This document shows positions 36,848 to 45,551 of a stretch of DNA of 64,000 nt, one piece after another (positions within the stretch are counted from its first letter, which is position 1; each line of letters begins with the position of its first letter). The stretch is from positions 26,697 through 90,696 of the forward strand of contig CAZPYM010000002.1 of assembly GCA_964590105.1 (NCBI GenBank). Reading direction: 5' to 3'. The notes beneath the pieces were generated by a model, which was not told where the DNA came from, did not search any database, and saw nothing but the letters and a program-made list of their open reading frames with translations. The translations under genes were made by a program, and so were the position numbers. The stretch comes from an uncultured Gammaproteobacteria bacterium. Lineage in GTDB: Bacteria > Patescibacteriota > Patescibacteriia > UBA11705 > JABHMO01.

Positions 36848-38462
36848 TTTTTATAACCTTTCGAAAACGATAATATTCAGTTAAACGCAAACCGGTCCAC
36901 TTACCAATCAATAAATTAATAATAACAGTTAATAGTATATATTCCGGATAACCCAGGATCAGCGTGCGCAATGTTTGCCAGCTCGCCACCCAATAACAGA
37001 GCACTGACAAGAAAAGAGTTTCCAAAATCAACATGACCGCGCTCTTGTTTCCTCTTTCAATTTGCACGGAAATAAATTTTTCAGTCAAAAGCACGATAAC
37101 CAAAATCGGAAAAATCGACATTTCCAGCAAACCGTTTTTCCCAAATCTGGCGCCGAGCAAAAAAATCACAAAAATCGAAAAACTTACCAAGCTAAGAACA
37201 ATGGCCATCCTCGGTAAATATGACAATTGAATTTTTCTAGCCAACAGACGCCCGAGTGTTCCGACTAGCAGAGTTATCAAGAACAACGCCAGTCCGTATT
37301 TCAATCCGGTAACCAAAAAAGTAACTGCCACGATCGATGGCGTGTAAATTCCAAGCGCCTTGACACCGATAATCTGCCGAGAAAAAGCCATGATGGTGGC
37401 GATAACCGGCAAAATTAAAATTAGATAAATAGTATTAATCGGCACGCCATTATCAACCATGTAGCCCACACAATAAGACAAAAAATTCCAAGGCTTCAAT
37501 GTACTGGCATCTCTTTGCGTATGCAGACCGACCAAACGATAATCCACTTGACTGGCGCGCAATTTGTTTAGCAAAGATTCAAAATCAGAACTGCTAAAAA
37601 CATCATTGGCCGCCGCCGGTTTAGTCAGGACAATGAATTGCGGATTTAGAAGATTATATAAGCTTTGCGCCAATTTGGCCGTGGCGGAAAAATTTTGTTC
37701 GGTAACTACTACAAAAAATTTATTTTGGAAACCAAAACTATTCAAATCACCGCCATTTTCGCTCGAACTCCTGGTTAAATTTTGCGCCGCTTCAAGAAAA
37801 GCATTCAAACCAAAATTTTTATCCGTCCAAATAATTACAGCGCCGGCTTGACGAATATTTTCCTTGCTTTTTAAAACCTGCTGAGCCAGTTCCTTCTCAA
37901 TAACATAGTCTACCTCTCCCTGTTGATTGATGTTAACGACCAATATCCCTTGAGAGCTAGCAATATTATTTACACCGCGAAATTTTTCATCGTCAACAGC
38001 TTTATCAGAAATCAACACGACCACGTCTTTGTCAACGCTTACCATCACTTCATCGCCGCTTTCGTATTTCAAACTATTGGAGTAGCCCACGATCCGCAGG
38101 CTGGCGCGATAGACTCCGGATGAATAATAAACATGAGCAACCTCCTTGCCGCTGGCCACATCGCCGTCGCCAAAATCCCAAAAATATTCCGGATTATCCA
38201 CGCCGGAGACAACAGAACCCAAGGCTGAAAAAACCACCTGGTTTTTGGCCACTATATTTTTGTCTTCTCCCGCAACAGCCTTGATAACCGGCAGCTGAAT
38301 AACCGGCTCTTCCTGAGCGAAAATAGCCCCTTTTGGTAAAAAAACAAAAAAGCATAAAAGCAAAAAAACAAAAAAACCAAAAAGCGCACTTTTTCTGAGC
38401 CTGAATTGCCCTCTATAAAAAAAACTTGATCCTAATTTTTCCCATATATTATTTCTAGTCAT
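36822..38462 (-). CDS. membrane protein: N-terminal PKD-like domain plus C-terminal multi-pass (about 7 TM) domain
   Basis: Signal/TM, then EYFWDFGDGDVASGKEVAHVYYSSGVYRASL (the PKD WDFGDG motif), a long extracytoplasmic region, then at least 7 hydrophobic helices. Overlaps the ATP-grasp/protease gene by 26 nt. Confidence 0.7.
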   Translation of the reverse strand: MTRNNIWEKLGSSFFYRGQFRLRKSALFGFFVFLLLCFFVFLPKGAIFAQEEPVIQLPVIKAVAGEDKNIVAKNQVVFSALGSVVSGVDNPEYFWDFGDGDVASGKEVAHVYYSSGVYRASLRIVGYSNSLKYESGDEVMVSVDKDVVVLISDKAVDDEKFRGVNNIASSQGILVVNINQQGEVDYVIEKELAQQVLKSKENIRQAGAVIIWTDKNFGLNAFLEAAQNLTRSSSENGGDLNSFGFQNKFFVVVTEQNFSATAKLAQSLYNLLNPQFIVLTKPAAANDVFSSSDFESLLNKLRASQVDYRLVGLHTQRDASTLKPWNFLSYCVGYMVDNGVPINTIYLILILPVIATIMAFSRQIIGVKALGIYTPSIVAVTFLVTGLKYGLALFLITLLVGTLGRLLARKIQLSYLPRMAIVLSLVSFSIFVIFLLGARFGKNGLLEMSIFPILVIVLLTEKFISVQIERGNKSAVMLILETLFLSVLCYWVASWQTLRTLILGYPEYILLTVIINLLIGKWTGLRLTEYYRFRKVIKNVELAEKK

Positions 38463-38612
38463 ATTTATACTCTTGCTGCTGGCAAATTATAATTTATTAT
38501 TTTTGAATTTTAATTTTTCCTTTCAGCAAGCAACGTCTCCTTGTTTTATTGTTTCGTTGCTCCGTTGTTTTGTTATTCCAATGTTTCGTTGCCTTTTTGT
38601 TTTCTTGTTTTC

Positions 38613-39116
38613 TTATTTCTTGCTTTCAACCTTCAATTTATAGCTATTGGCCGCGCAGATCGCCGTAGCCAAGGCGTCAGCCGCATCATCCGGTTTTGGA
38701 ATCTGTTTTAAATTGAGCAAAGCTTTTACCATTTGCTGCATTTGACCTTTTTCCGCCCGGCCATAGCCGGTTATTGCCTGTTTTATCTGCAGCGGAGTAA
38801 ATTCAACCACCTCTTTTCCCGCTTCAACCGCGGTCAGGAGAATTACACCACGCGCCTGCCCGACTTTAAGCGCGGTTTTAACGTTTTTAAAGAAAAACAG
38901 CTCTTCCACCGCCACCAAATCCGGCTGATATTTTTTTATTATTGATTTCAAATCCTTACTTAAATATTTCAGCCGCTGAATAAATTCATCCTCCTGTCCG
39001 GTTTTAATCACGCCATAATCCAGGCATTTCATTTTTGAACCCTCAACTTCAATCACGCCGAAACCGGTTAGACCGTAACCAGGGTCAATTCCGAGGATTG
39101 TGCGTTGCTTTCGCAT
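38613..39116 (-). CDS. ruvC: Holliday junction resolvase RuvC
   Basis: ILGIDPGYGLTGFGVIE...LVAVEELFFFKNVKTALKVGQARG...DAADALATAI. Confidence 0.9.
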   Translation of the reverse strand: MRKQRTILGIDPGYGLTGFGVIEVEGSKMKCLDYGVIKTGQEDEFIQRLKYLSKDLKSIIKKYQPDLVAVEELFFFKNVKTALKVGQARGVILLTAVEAGKEVVEFTPLQIKQAITGYGRAEKGQMQQMVKALLNLKQIPKPDDAADALATAICAANSYKLKVESKK

Positions 39117-39227
39117 ACAAATAGTTCAGCAAGCTAGCAAGCAAGCGCCTAAGTAAGGGTTCAAGATTTTGAACTCTGACACAAGCGCCACAGGCACAAT
39201 CGCTTATCTCGCTAGATTGCTTTCTCG

Positions 39228-39944
39228 TTAATCCACGTTAACATAAACTGAATTAATATCGTCTTGCTCTTCCAGTATTTCAACAATATTCTGAATTTTT
39301 TCACTGATTTCATCACTCGCGCTTTGCTTTTCCTTTGCCACCCATTCCATTTCAGCGTATGCTAATTTTAAACTCTTTTGCTCAAGCTGTTTTTTAATTT
39401 TTTCAAAATTGGCGAACCCGGAATAAATTGTCAGTCCGCCATCTTCTTCCATAACATCATCCGCGCCGCTGTCAATCAATTCCAAAATCAGTTCATCTTT
39501 ATCTTTTATTTGATCACCCTGTAAATGAATTACCCCCTTGTGTTCAAACATCCATTTGACTGAATTTTGCGCGCCGAGCGAACCGCCATATTTTGACAAA
39601 ATCGCTCTGACTTCCGGAGTCGTGCGATTTTTGTTGTCGGTAACGCCCTCGACGAGAATGGCAATTCCGCCCGGTCCGAATCCTTCATACAAAACCTCTT
39701 CAATTATAGCTCCGCCCAATTCCCCCGTACCTCTTTTGACTGCCTTTTCGATATTGTCTTTCGGCATGTTGACACTTTTGGCTTTTTCAATGGCGGTAAA
39801 CAAAGAAAAGTTCATTTCCGGATCACCACCCCTTTTCGCGGCAATTGAAATATTGTGCGACAACTTGGTAAAAGCATTCGCCCTCTTGGAATCAACCGCG
39901 TCTTTGCGGCGTTTGGTTGTTGCCCATTTGGAATGACCGGACAT
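39228..39944 (-). CDS. YebC/PmpR-family DNA-binding regulatory protein
   Basis: MSGHSKWATTKRRKDAVDSKRANAFTKL is the hallmark N-terminus. Confidence 0.9.
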   Translation of the reverse strand: MSGHSKWATTKRRKDAVDSKRANAFTKLSHNISIAAKRGGDPEMNFSLFTAIEKAKSVNMPKDNIEKAVKRGTGELGGAIIEEVLYEGFGPGGIAILVEGVTDNKNRTTPEVRAILSKYGGSLGAQNSVKWMFEHKGVIHLQGDQIKDKDELILELIDSGADDVMEEDGGLTIYSGFANFEKIKKQLEQKSLKLAYAEMEWVAKEKQSASDEISEKIQNIVEILEEQDDINSVYVNVD

Positions 39945-39956
39945 ACGATTTAGAAA

Positions 39957-40040
39957 AATTACAAATTATGCGCCCAAGGCGCATCCGCCCATGGCGGACA
40001 AATAACAAATTACAAACAATAAAGCGGAAATTATAAAAAA
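39957..40040 (-). repeat. ~85-nt twin-hairpin dispersed repeat, copy 1 (inverted orientation)
   Basis: Its reverse complement reads ttataatttccgctttattgtttgtaatttgttatttgtccgccatgggcggatgcgccttgggcgcataatttgtaattt, almost identical to 41375..41500. Confidence 0.8.
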
Positions 40041-40066
40041 TAGTCAATATTCCAAACGTTTGTGAC

Positions 40067-40258
40067 TTATCGCCAATATTCATTACTTAACTTATTTAAC
40101 GCAACAATAATACCAAATCCGACGGAAAAAATCAAGGCAAAAAGCCGCTCAATAAAAACATGCTCCATATCCAATTTCCAACTTCCAAACAGCTTTCCGC
40201 ATACCGCGTACCAACTTCTAGCCCCAAACTGTGTATAAGTTAATTGCTTTATTAACAT
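40067..40258 (-). CDS. small hydrophobic ORF (63 aa)
   Basis: ORF only. Lies inside the region bracketed by the inverted repeats. Confidence 0.25.
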   Translation of the reverse strand: MLIKQLTYTQFGARSWYAVCGKLFGSWKLDMEHVFIERLFALIFSVGFGIIVALNKLSNEYWR

Positions 40259-40313
40259 ACGTTTGATAAGTTAAAAATAAGCGAGTGTGAAATAATTCAA
40301 AACAAAAATAAAT

Positions 40314-41324
40314 ATGGAAGAATTGCGCCGACAATTTGACAAAAGCAATCTTCACGAGATAATCGCCGATCTGCCAAAGCAATTTAATCAAGCTTTTAAA
40401 GAAATTGAAGTTAAAATAAATTCCGATACAAAAAAAATTATTTTCTGCGGGCTGGGCGGATCCGCTCTGCCGGCCAATTTGCTGAAAACTTTTTTATCAG
40501 TCACAAAATCATCTTTTAATATTCCCATAAAAATCAACCGCGACTATACTCTGCCTAATCTTGTTGACCAGAGCTGGTGCGGTTTTTTTGATTCCTATTC
40601 CGGAAACACGGAAGAAACTCTGGCCGCGCTGGCAGAAGCTGCAGCCCGCGGAATGAAACAAATAATAATTCTGGCGCATACCGGAAAGCTCAAGCAAATT
40701 GCGCTTGAAAAAGGCTACCAGCTGATCGAATTGCCGGACACGAGCCAGCCTAGGATGTCATATGGCTACGTTGTCGGTGCCATGCTCAAAGTTTTTCAAA
40801 ATTCAGGACTGCTTGATTTAAATATTCCCGAACTAAGCAAGGACATTGAAGCGGCATTATCAATTAATTCTGAAGTTGAAGAGCAGGGTCAAATGCTCGC
40901 TGAATCAATCAAGGGAAAAGTTCCGATTATCTATACTTCAAATATCTGGAAGTATGTGGCCATGGTCTGGAAAATAAATTTTAATGAAAACACCAAAACG
41001 CAGAGCTTTTGGAATGTTTTTCCGGAATTAAATCACAATGAAATGGTCGGTTACACCAATTTAGTTGGCGAATACAAAGTAATAATAATAAAAGATCTAT
41101 CCGATCATCCTCGCGTCCAGAAACGAATGGACATATTTGAAAATATTTTGGGCGATAAATTAAATGCTCAAATTATAACCATGCGCGGCGGATCGCCTTT
41201 TTACAAATTATTAACTTCACTCATGCTGGGACTCTGGAGCGCCTATTATCTCGCCTTGCTAAATCAAGTCGATCCAACGCCCGTTGACTTGGTGGAAGAA
41301 TTCAAAAAACTAATGACGGATTAA
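40314..41324 (+). CDS. pgi: bifunctional phosphoglucose/phosphomannose isomerase (archaeal-type SIS-domain PGI/PMI)
   Basis: About 336 aa, IIFCGLGGSALPANLLKTFL SIS motif, typical size for the PGI/PMI family. Confidence 0.75.
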   Translation: MEELRRQFDKSNLHEIIADLPKQFNQAFKEIEVKINSDTKKIIFCGLGGSALPANLLKTFLSVTKSSFNIPIKINRDYTLPNLVDQSWCGFFDSYSGNTEETLAALAEAAARGMKQIIILAHTGKLKQIALEKGYQLIELPDTSQPRMSYGYVVGAMLKVFQNSGLLDLNIPELSKDIEAALSINSEVEEQGQMLAESIKGKVPIIYTSNIWKYVAMVWKINFNENTKTQSFWNVFPELNHNEMVGYTNLVGEYKVIIIKDLSDHPRVQKRMDIFENILGDKLNAQIITMRGGSPFYKLLTSLMLGLWSAYYLALLNQVDPTPVDLVEEFKKLMTD

Positions 41325-41340
41325 GTTGCCCATTGAAAAC

Positions 41341-41500
41341 TTGTCCCAAAGGTATCCTCTTGTGATAGTTTGTAATTTCCGCTTTATTGTTTGTCCCGAA
41401 GGGCTCCTCTTGTGCTAATTTGTAATTTCCGCTTTATTGTTTGTAATTTGTTATTGGTCCGCCATAGGCGGATGCGCCTTGGGCGCACAATTTGTAATTT
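41341..41500 (+). repeat. tandem ~52-nt duplication followed by copy 2 of the twin-hairpin repeat
   Basis: ttgtcccaaaggtatcctcttgtgatagtttgtaatttccgctttattgtttg, then tcccgaagggctcctcttgtgctaatttgtaatttccgctttattgtttg, then taatttgttattggtccgccataggcggatgcgccttgggcgcacaatttgtaattt. Confidence 0.8.
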
Positions 41501-41613
41501 ACTGTTTGTCAGGGGGCTCACGCCTCTTTTCAATATACCAAAAGCTGCCCTTATCCATGCTTGAAGGGCAGCTTTTTTATTTACGCTAATTTAATTTCTA
41601 ATTAAACCCTTAA

Positions 41614-42015
41614 CTAATTACCCGTTGTGGCGTCAAGCAATGAAGTGATCACAAAGTTAGTAATAGCGTAAGCCGCCAAAATTATAGCGAGGCCAATCAC
41701 CGCGTTGGTCAGCCACTGCTTAGCCTTGGTGACATCCTCAGGATTGCCTCCTGCCGTCATCCACAGGAATCCGGCGTATATTACGATAACAATCACAACC
41801 ACGCCAAGAAAAGTTAAAACAACTTTTATTATATTTCCGACCATCTCAGGCAATGGCGTCGGATCTTCCGTGTCATATGCGGTTCCACCTACACTATTTA
41901 AGTTATTCGTTAACTCCGTTTTGAAATCAGTTGCTGCCACCGGCTGGGCCGTCAGTGATATCATAAAACTACTGACAAGCACGAGCATTAAACAAAGCGC
42001 AATAATATTTTTCAT
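41614..42015 (-). CDS. T4SS-pilin-like (TrbC/VirB2-like) small secreted protein, paralog 1
   Basis: Signal peptide, a variable mature N-terminus, then the conserved core VIVIVIYAGFLWMTAGGNPEDVTKAKQWLTNAVIGLAIILAAYAITNFV. Confidence 0.7.
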   Translation of the reverse strand: MKNIIALCLMLVLVSSFMISLTAQPVAATDFKTELTNNLNSVGGTAYDTEDPTPLPEMVGNIIKVVLTFLGVVVIVIVIYAGFLWMTAGGNPEDVTKAKQWLTNAVIGLAIILAAYAITNFVITSLLDATTGN

Positions 42016-42035
42016 AAATTTTTCCGAATTACTTG

Positions 42036-42491
42036 TTATATAAATATTGAATTAATGAGCGCGCTAACGCCGGTAGCAACAGTTAATTTGTCCACTACAA
42101 AATAAGTAATCGCATAGGCGGCAAGAGCAATACCCAGCCCGATCACAGCCTGCGACAGCATGTCTTTTGCTTTGGTGACTCTTTCAGGATTACCACCAGC
42201 CGTCATCCACATTATACCGCTATAAATAACTAAAACAAGTAAAATAATTCCAAGTAAAACTAAAATCACTTTGATCGCCGCGCCAACTATAGTGGGTAAA
42301 TCCTTGTTCGGAACACCGCCGGCCGCTGACGCTCCCATGCCTTCGCCGGCTTTGCCAAGAGTGGAGGTGATTGAATCTGTACTGGCAGGAGCAGGCGGCG
42401 CAGCCTGTACGACAGCAATCCCGCAAAATATAAATACCATTGAGGCCAAAACTCCGATGCTAATCAATTTTTTAAAATTTGTTACAGTCAT
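42036..42491 (-). CDS. T4SS-pilin-like protein, paralog 2
   Basis: Core LVLVIYSGIMWMTAGGNPERVTKAKDMLSQAVIGLGIALAAYAITYFV. Confidence 0.7.
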   Translation of the reverse strand: MTVTNFKKLISIGVLASMVFIFCGIAVVQAAPPAPASTDSITSTLGKAGEGMGASAAGGVPNKDLPTIVGAAIKVILVLLGIILLVLVIYSGIMWMTAGGNPERVTKAKDMLSQAVIGLGIALAAYAITYFVVDKLTVATGVSALINSIFI

Positions 42492-42535
42492 ATTATTTTT
42501 AATTTATTAATTTCCAGCAAAATTCATTCCCCTTT

Positions 42536-42592
42536 ATAATTTGTTATTTGTCCGCCATAGGCGGATGCGCTTTGGGCGCATAATTTGTAATT
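42536..42592 (+). repeat. twin-hairpin repeat, copy 3 (partial), between pilin paralogs 2 and 3
   Basis: ataatttgttatttgtccgccataggcggatgcgctttgggcgcataatttgtaatttcc. Confidence 0.8.
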
Positions 42593-42595
42593 TCC

Positions 42596-43000
42596 TTATT
42601 CCACCCCGACCGCGCTGGTCATTGCCTTAACCACGTAATATGTAATCGCATATGCCGCCATGGTCACCGTCAAGCCGATCGCGCCATCTATGATCATGCC
42701 CCTGCCTTTGGTCACTCCCTCAGGAGCGCCCGCGGCCGTCATCCAAGTTACGCCACCGTAAACAACGATTATCAAAAATATGATCCCGGCCACGCTGACC
42801 AAAACCCCGATCGCTTTACCAATCACGCCCGCCGGATCAACTTTGTCGGTTTTTAATCCCGCCGGCCCAGCTGAGGTTTCAAGCCCTTTGAGCGCCTTGG
42901 CAGTTGCTTTTTCATTGGCCATGACCCCGTCCGCAACTAATACAAAATTAATCGTAAAAAACGAGATGAATAACAAACAAATTAATAATTTTTTAAACAT
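42596..43000 (-). CDS. T4SS-pilin-like protein, paralog 3
   Basis: Core IIVVYGGVTWMTAAGAPEGVTKGRGMIIDGAIGLTVTMAAYAITYYV. Confidence 0.7.
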   Translation of the reverse strand: MFKKLLICLLFISFFTINFVLVADGVMANEKATAKALKGLETSAGPAGLKTDKVDPAGVIGKAIGVLVSVAGIIFLIIVVYGGVTWMTAAGAPEGVTKGRGMIIDGAIGLTVTMAAYAITYYVVKAMTSAVGVE

Positions 43001-43007
43001 AATAAAT

Positions 43008-43406
43008 TTAATTTACTGTAGTTCCAATTTTTTCAATCACATAATGCGTAACCTGATAGGCCATGAGGGTCACCAGCAGACCGATGGCGCCATGGATCAG
43101 GGTATTGCGCGCTTTTGTTACATTTTCAGGATTGCCGCCGGAAGTCAGCCAAGTAATACCACCGTACAAAACAACGATCATGAAAATTATTCCCAAAAAG
43201 CTGACCGCCATGCCAACATATTTTCCAATTATATATTCCAATGTTGGCGTATCAGCCCCTTCAACTGCCAGCCCGGACATCTTGGCGGCCTTGTCCAGCC
43301 CGCCGGCTAGACTGGTCGTATCTCCGGCCAGCACAACGGAAAAACAAAAAAAACTTCCAATTGCCAGCAAAATAATAAGTATTAGAATTGAATGTGTATT
43401 TTTCAT
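43008..43406 (-). CDS. T4SS-pilin-like protein, paralog 4
   Basis: Core MIVVLYGGITWLTSGGNPENVTKARNTLIHGAIGLLVTLMAYQVTHYV. Confidence 0.7.
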   Translation of the reverse strand: MKNTHSILILIILLAIGSFFCFSVVLAGDTTSLAGGLDKAAKMSGLAVEGADTPTLEYIIGKYVGMAVSFLGIIFMIVVLYGGITWLTSGGNPENVTKARNTLIHGAIGLLVTLMAYQVTHYVIEKIGTTVN

Positions 43407-43487
43407 AGCTGATTCCCCGCCACTATAAAGCTGGTGGAAATACTTTCAACTTTTCCCTTTTCCATTTTCCCTTTTCCCTTTCAACTT

Positions 43488-43880
43488 CTACTCAACTGTC
43501 GCCGCCATTAAACTAGTCAGAACAAACCTGGTAATAGCGTAAGCAGAAAGAATAATAATTAGGCCAACAATTCCGGACATGATATATCCCGTAGCCTCCT
43601 TGGCTTTTTCATCACTGCCGCCAGCCACCATAAACTTGAATCCTCCGACCAGAATAAGCACAATGGCCACTATGCCAAGAAATCCCAAAACCACATTGAT
43701 GAGCGCGCCCGCGGTTTCCTTGAGGTCCCGATCTCCTAGTTCTGTCTGAATTTCCACATTGCTTAGCCCATACAATTCACCATTATCAGCCAAAACAGCA
43801 GAAGAGTAAAAAAAACTTCCCATTACAAGTAATATAAAAATGGCTAAAAGTGAACGCGCATTTTTCATACTTCTCATCAA
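43488..43880 (-). CDS. T4SS-pilin-like protein, paralog 5
   Basis: Core LILVGGFKFMVAGGSDEKAKEATGYIMSGIVGLIIILSAYAITRFV. Confidence 0.65.
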   Translation of the reverse strand: MMRSMKNARSLLAIFILLVMGSFFYSSAVLADNGELYGLSNVEIQTELGDRDLKETAGALINVVLGFLGIVAIVLILVGGFKFMVAGGSDEKAKEATGYIMSGIVGLIIILSAYAITRFVLTSLMAATVE

Positions 43881-43953
43881 GCAACTATTGCCTGAATAAT
43901 TATTTAATGAGAACCGGGCAGGAGGAATACCCCCCCTGCCCGCAGATTCTTTT

Positions 43954-44349
43954 TTATTCAGTTGTTGCCGTCATTAAGCTGTCCAAGACAAAACTGGTAA
44001 TGGCGTAAGCCGCGAGAATTATTGCCAGGCCGATAATACCATTGATAATGTATTTCTTGGCCTCATCAGTTTTCTCTGCTGCGCCTCCGGCTGTCATATA
44101 CTTAAAGCCGCCCATCAACACGATCACAATAGCTACTACTCCCAAGAATCCCAAAATCACACTTATAACTGAGCCGATCGTTGCCTTTAGATCCTGTTTT
44201 CCAAGACCTAACTCCCCCATGTCCTCAAGGCCATATATAGCATCCCCCTCATTATCACCAGCTAAAACCGGCAAAGCCACTGTCATCGCCATCAAGAGAA
44301 AAAGGCAGACGCCTGTAATCATCTTGATTTTTTTGTTGTCTAAATACAT
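43954..44349 (-). CDS. T4SS-pilin-like protein, paralog 6
   Basis: Core IVLMGGFKYMTAGGAAEKTDEAKKYIINGIIGLAIILAAYAITSFV. Confidence 0.65.
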   Translation of the reverse strand: MYLDNKKIKMITGVCLFLLMAMTVALPVLAGDNEGDAIYGLEDMGELGLGKQDLKATIGSVISVILGFLGVVAIVIVLMGGFKYMTAGGAAEKTDEAKKYIINGIIGLAIILAAYAITSFVLDSLMTATTE

Positions 44350-44390
44350 GTGCGTTTCAATTAATTATTAATTAGTTTATATTTAAATTT

Positions 44391-45179
44391 TTAACCCCAG
44401 AAATCTAAATTTCCAATAATATAACCAACAATGATGTAACTGATAAAAATCACAAACAAACCCAGCGCCGCCCAGATCATAGATTTTTCCGCCGTGTCAA
44501 TTTTCTTTGACTCGCCCATAGCAGTCATCCACATTATACCACTATAGATGAAAACTATCAAAGCGATTGAACCGATTATCCCCAAGAGCAGGCTGACAGC
44601 ATTACCAGCCAAGACTGAAACATCATCGGTCTTGACCATCTCGCCCGGAAAAGTTGAATCAACCTTGGCAATGGCGTCTTTTACCGCTTGTTCTGCTGAT
44701 GGACCGGATAGCGCCGGAGCGGGTACCGTAGCTCCACCGCTTGGAAGGGTGGCAGAACCGGTTCCTCCTACGGCAGCGCCAGCAGGGGCGACTGTTTCTT
44801 CCACTTCCTTTACGTTAGTCAGTGTGCAAGTCGCACTCACTGTAACTCCTGGAATTTTTGGCAGGATGCTCGTATTGCAGTCTGCTTCCTTGACATCGGT
44901 TTTAGAATAAGTGCAATCACAATTAGGATCAGCCCACGTACAATTAGCAGCGTTAACAAAGTCTACACAAATTTGCTTGTTTGCTGCACTCAAAGCCAGA
45001 CCAAGAATCGTTCCTTCGCATTTTGTGCATGCTGGTTCGTCCACGAGAAAACCAGATAATTTTCCTGCGCAGTCGCAAGTTCCGACCTTTACTTTTACCG
45101 CGCCACTAGCTTGCGGGAAAAAAAATAACATCAAACAGCACAATAATGTCGTCGGGATTATAAGTTTTTTTATTTTCAT
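44391..45179 (-). CDS. Cys-rich secreted protein with C-terminal pilin-like domain
   Basis: Signal peptide, about 12 Cys in the first 110 aa (GTCDCAGK...CTKCEG...CTWADPNCDCTY), an Ala/Gly/Pro-rich linker, then LIVFIYSGIMWMTAMGESKKIDTAEKSMIWAALGLFVIFISYIIVGYI. Confidence 0.65.
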   Translation of the reverse strand: MKIKKLIIPTTLLCCLMLFFFPQASGAVKVKVGTCDCAGKLSGFLVDEPACTKCEGTILGLALSAANKQICVDFVNAANCTWADPNCDCTYSKTDVKEADCNTSILPKIPGVTVSATCTLTNVKEVEETVAPAGAAVGGTGSATLPSGGATVPAPALSGPSAEQAVKDAIAKVDSTFPGEMVKTDDVSVLAGNAVSLLLGIIGSIALIVFIYSGIMWMTAMGESKKIDTAEKSMIWAALGLFVIFISYIIVGYIIGNLDFWG

Positions 45180-45182
45180 AGT

Positions 45183-45551
45183 TTATGTTACTCCTGATAA
45201 TTTCCCAATCAAAATTTTGATGATAACGCCGGCCAGTAAAATTATCGCCAGCCCGATCACCGCGTTACTTAGAATACCTGTGGCTGTCTTGATTCTACCT
45301 GACGCGCCGCCGGAAGTCATATACATGACTCCGCCTATTACAAACATGAGTAGAGCCAGTGATCCAGAAATTCCAAGAATAATCTGAGCCACAGTAGCAA
45401 TTGTTTGCTCCACCGCGCTCAAATTGCACTCCTTCACGTCAGCATCTCCGGCGCAGGAGCTCGGTACGATCGACGGAAAAGCCATGGCCGCGTGTCCGGC
45501 TATTAAACCAAAACAAATAAGAATAATTATGAATATTATATTTTTTCTCAT
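45183..45551 (-). CDS. T4SS-pilin-like protein, divergent paralog 8
   Basis: LLMFVIGGVMYMTSGGASGRIKTATGILSNAVIGLAIILLAGVII. 4-nt overlap with the upstream SBP gene. Confidence 0.6.
   Translation of the reverse strand: MRKNIIFIIILICFGLIAGHAAMAFPSIVPSSCAGDADVKECNLSAVEQTIATVAQIILGISGSLALLMFVIGGVMYMTSGGASGRIKTATGILSNAVIGLAIILLAGVIIKILIGKLSGVT

Noticed and set aside
42780-45387. Plus-strand ORFs inside the pilin array (42780..43310, 43063..43428, 44042..44371, 44548..44910, 44911..45387)
   Set aside because: Antisense to the paralogous pilin-like genes, which share a conserved motif and signal peptides. The plus frames lack both.
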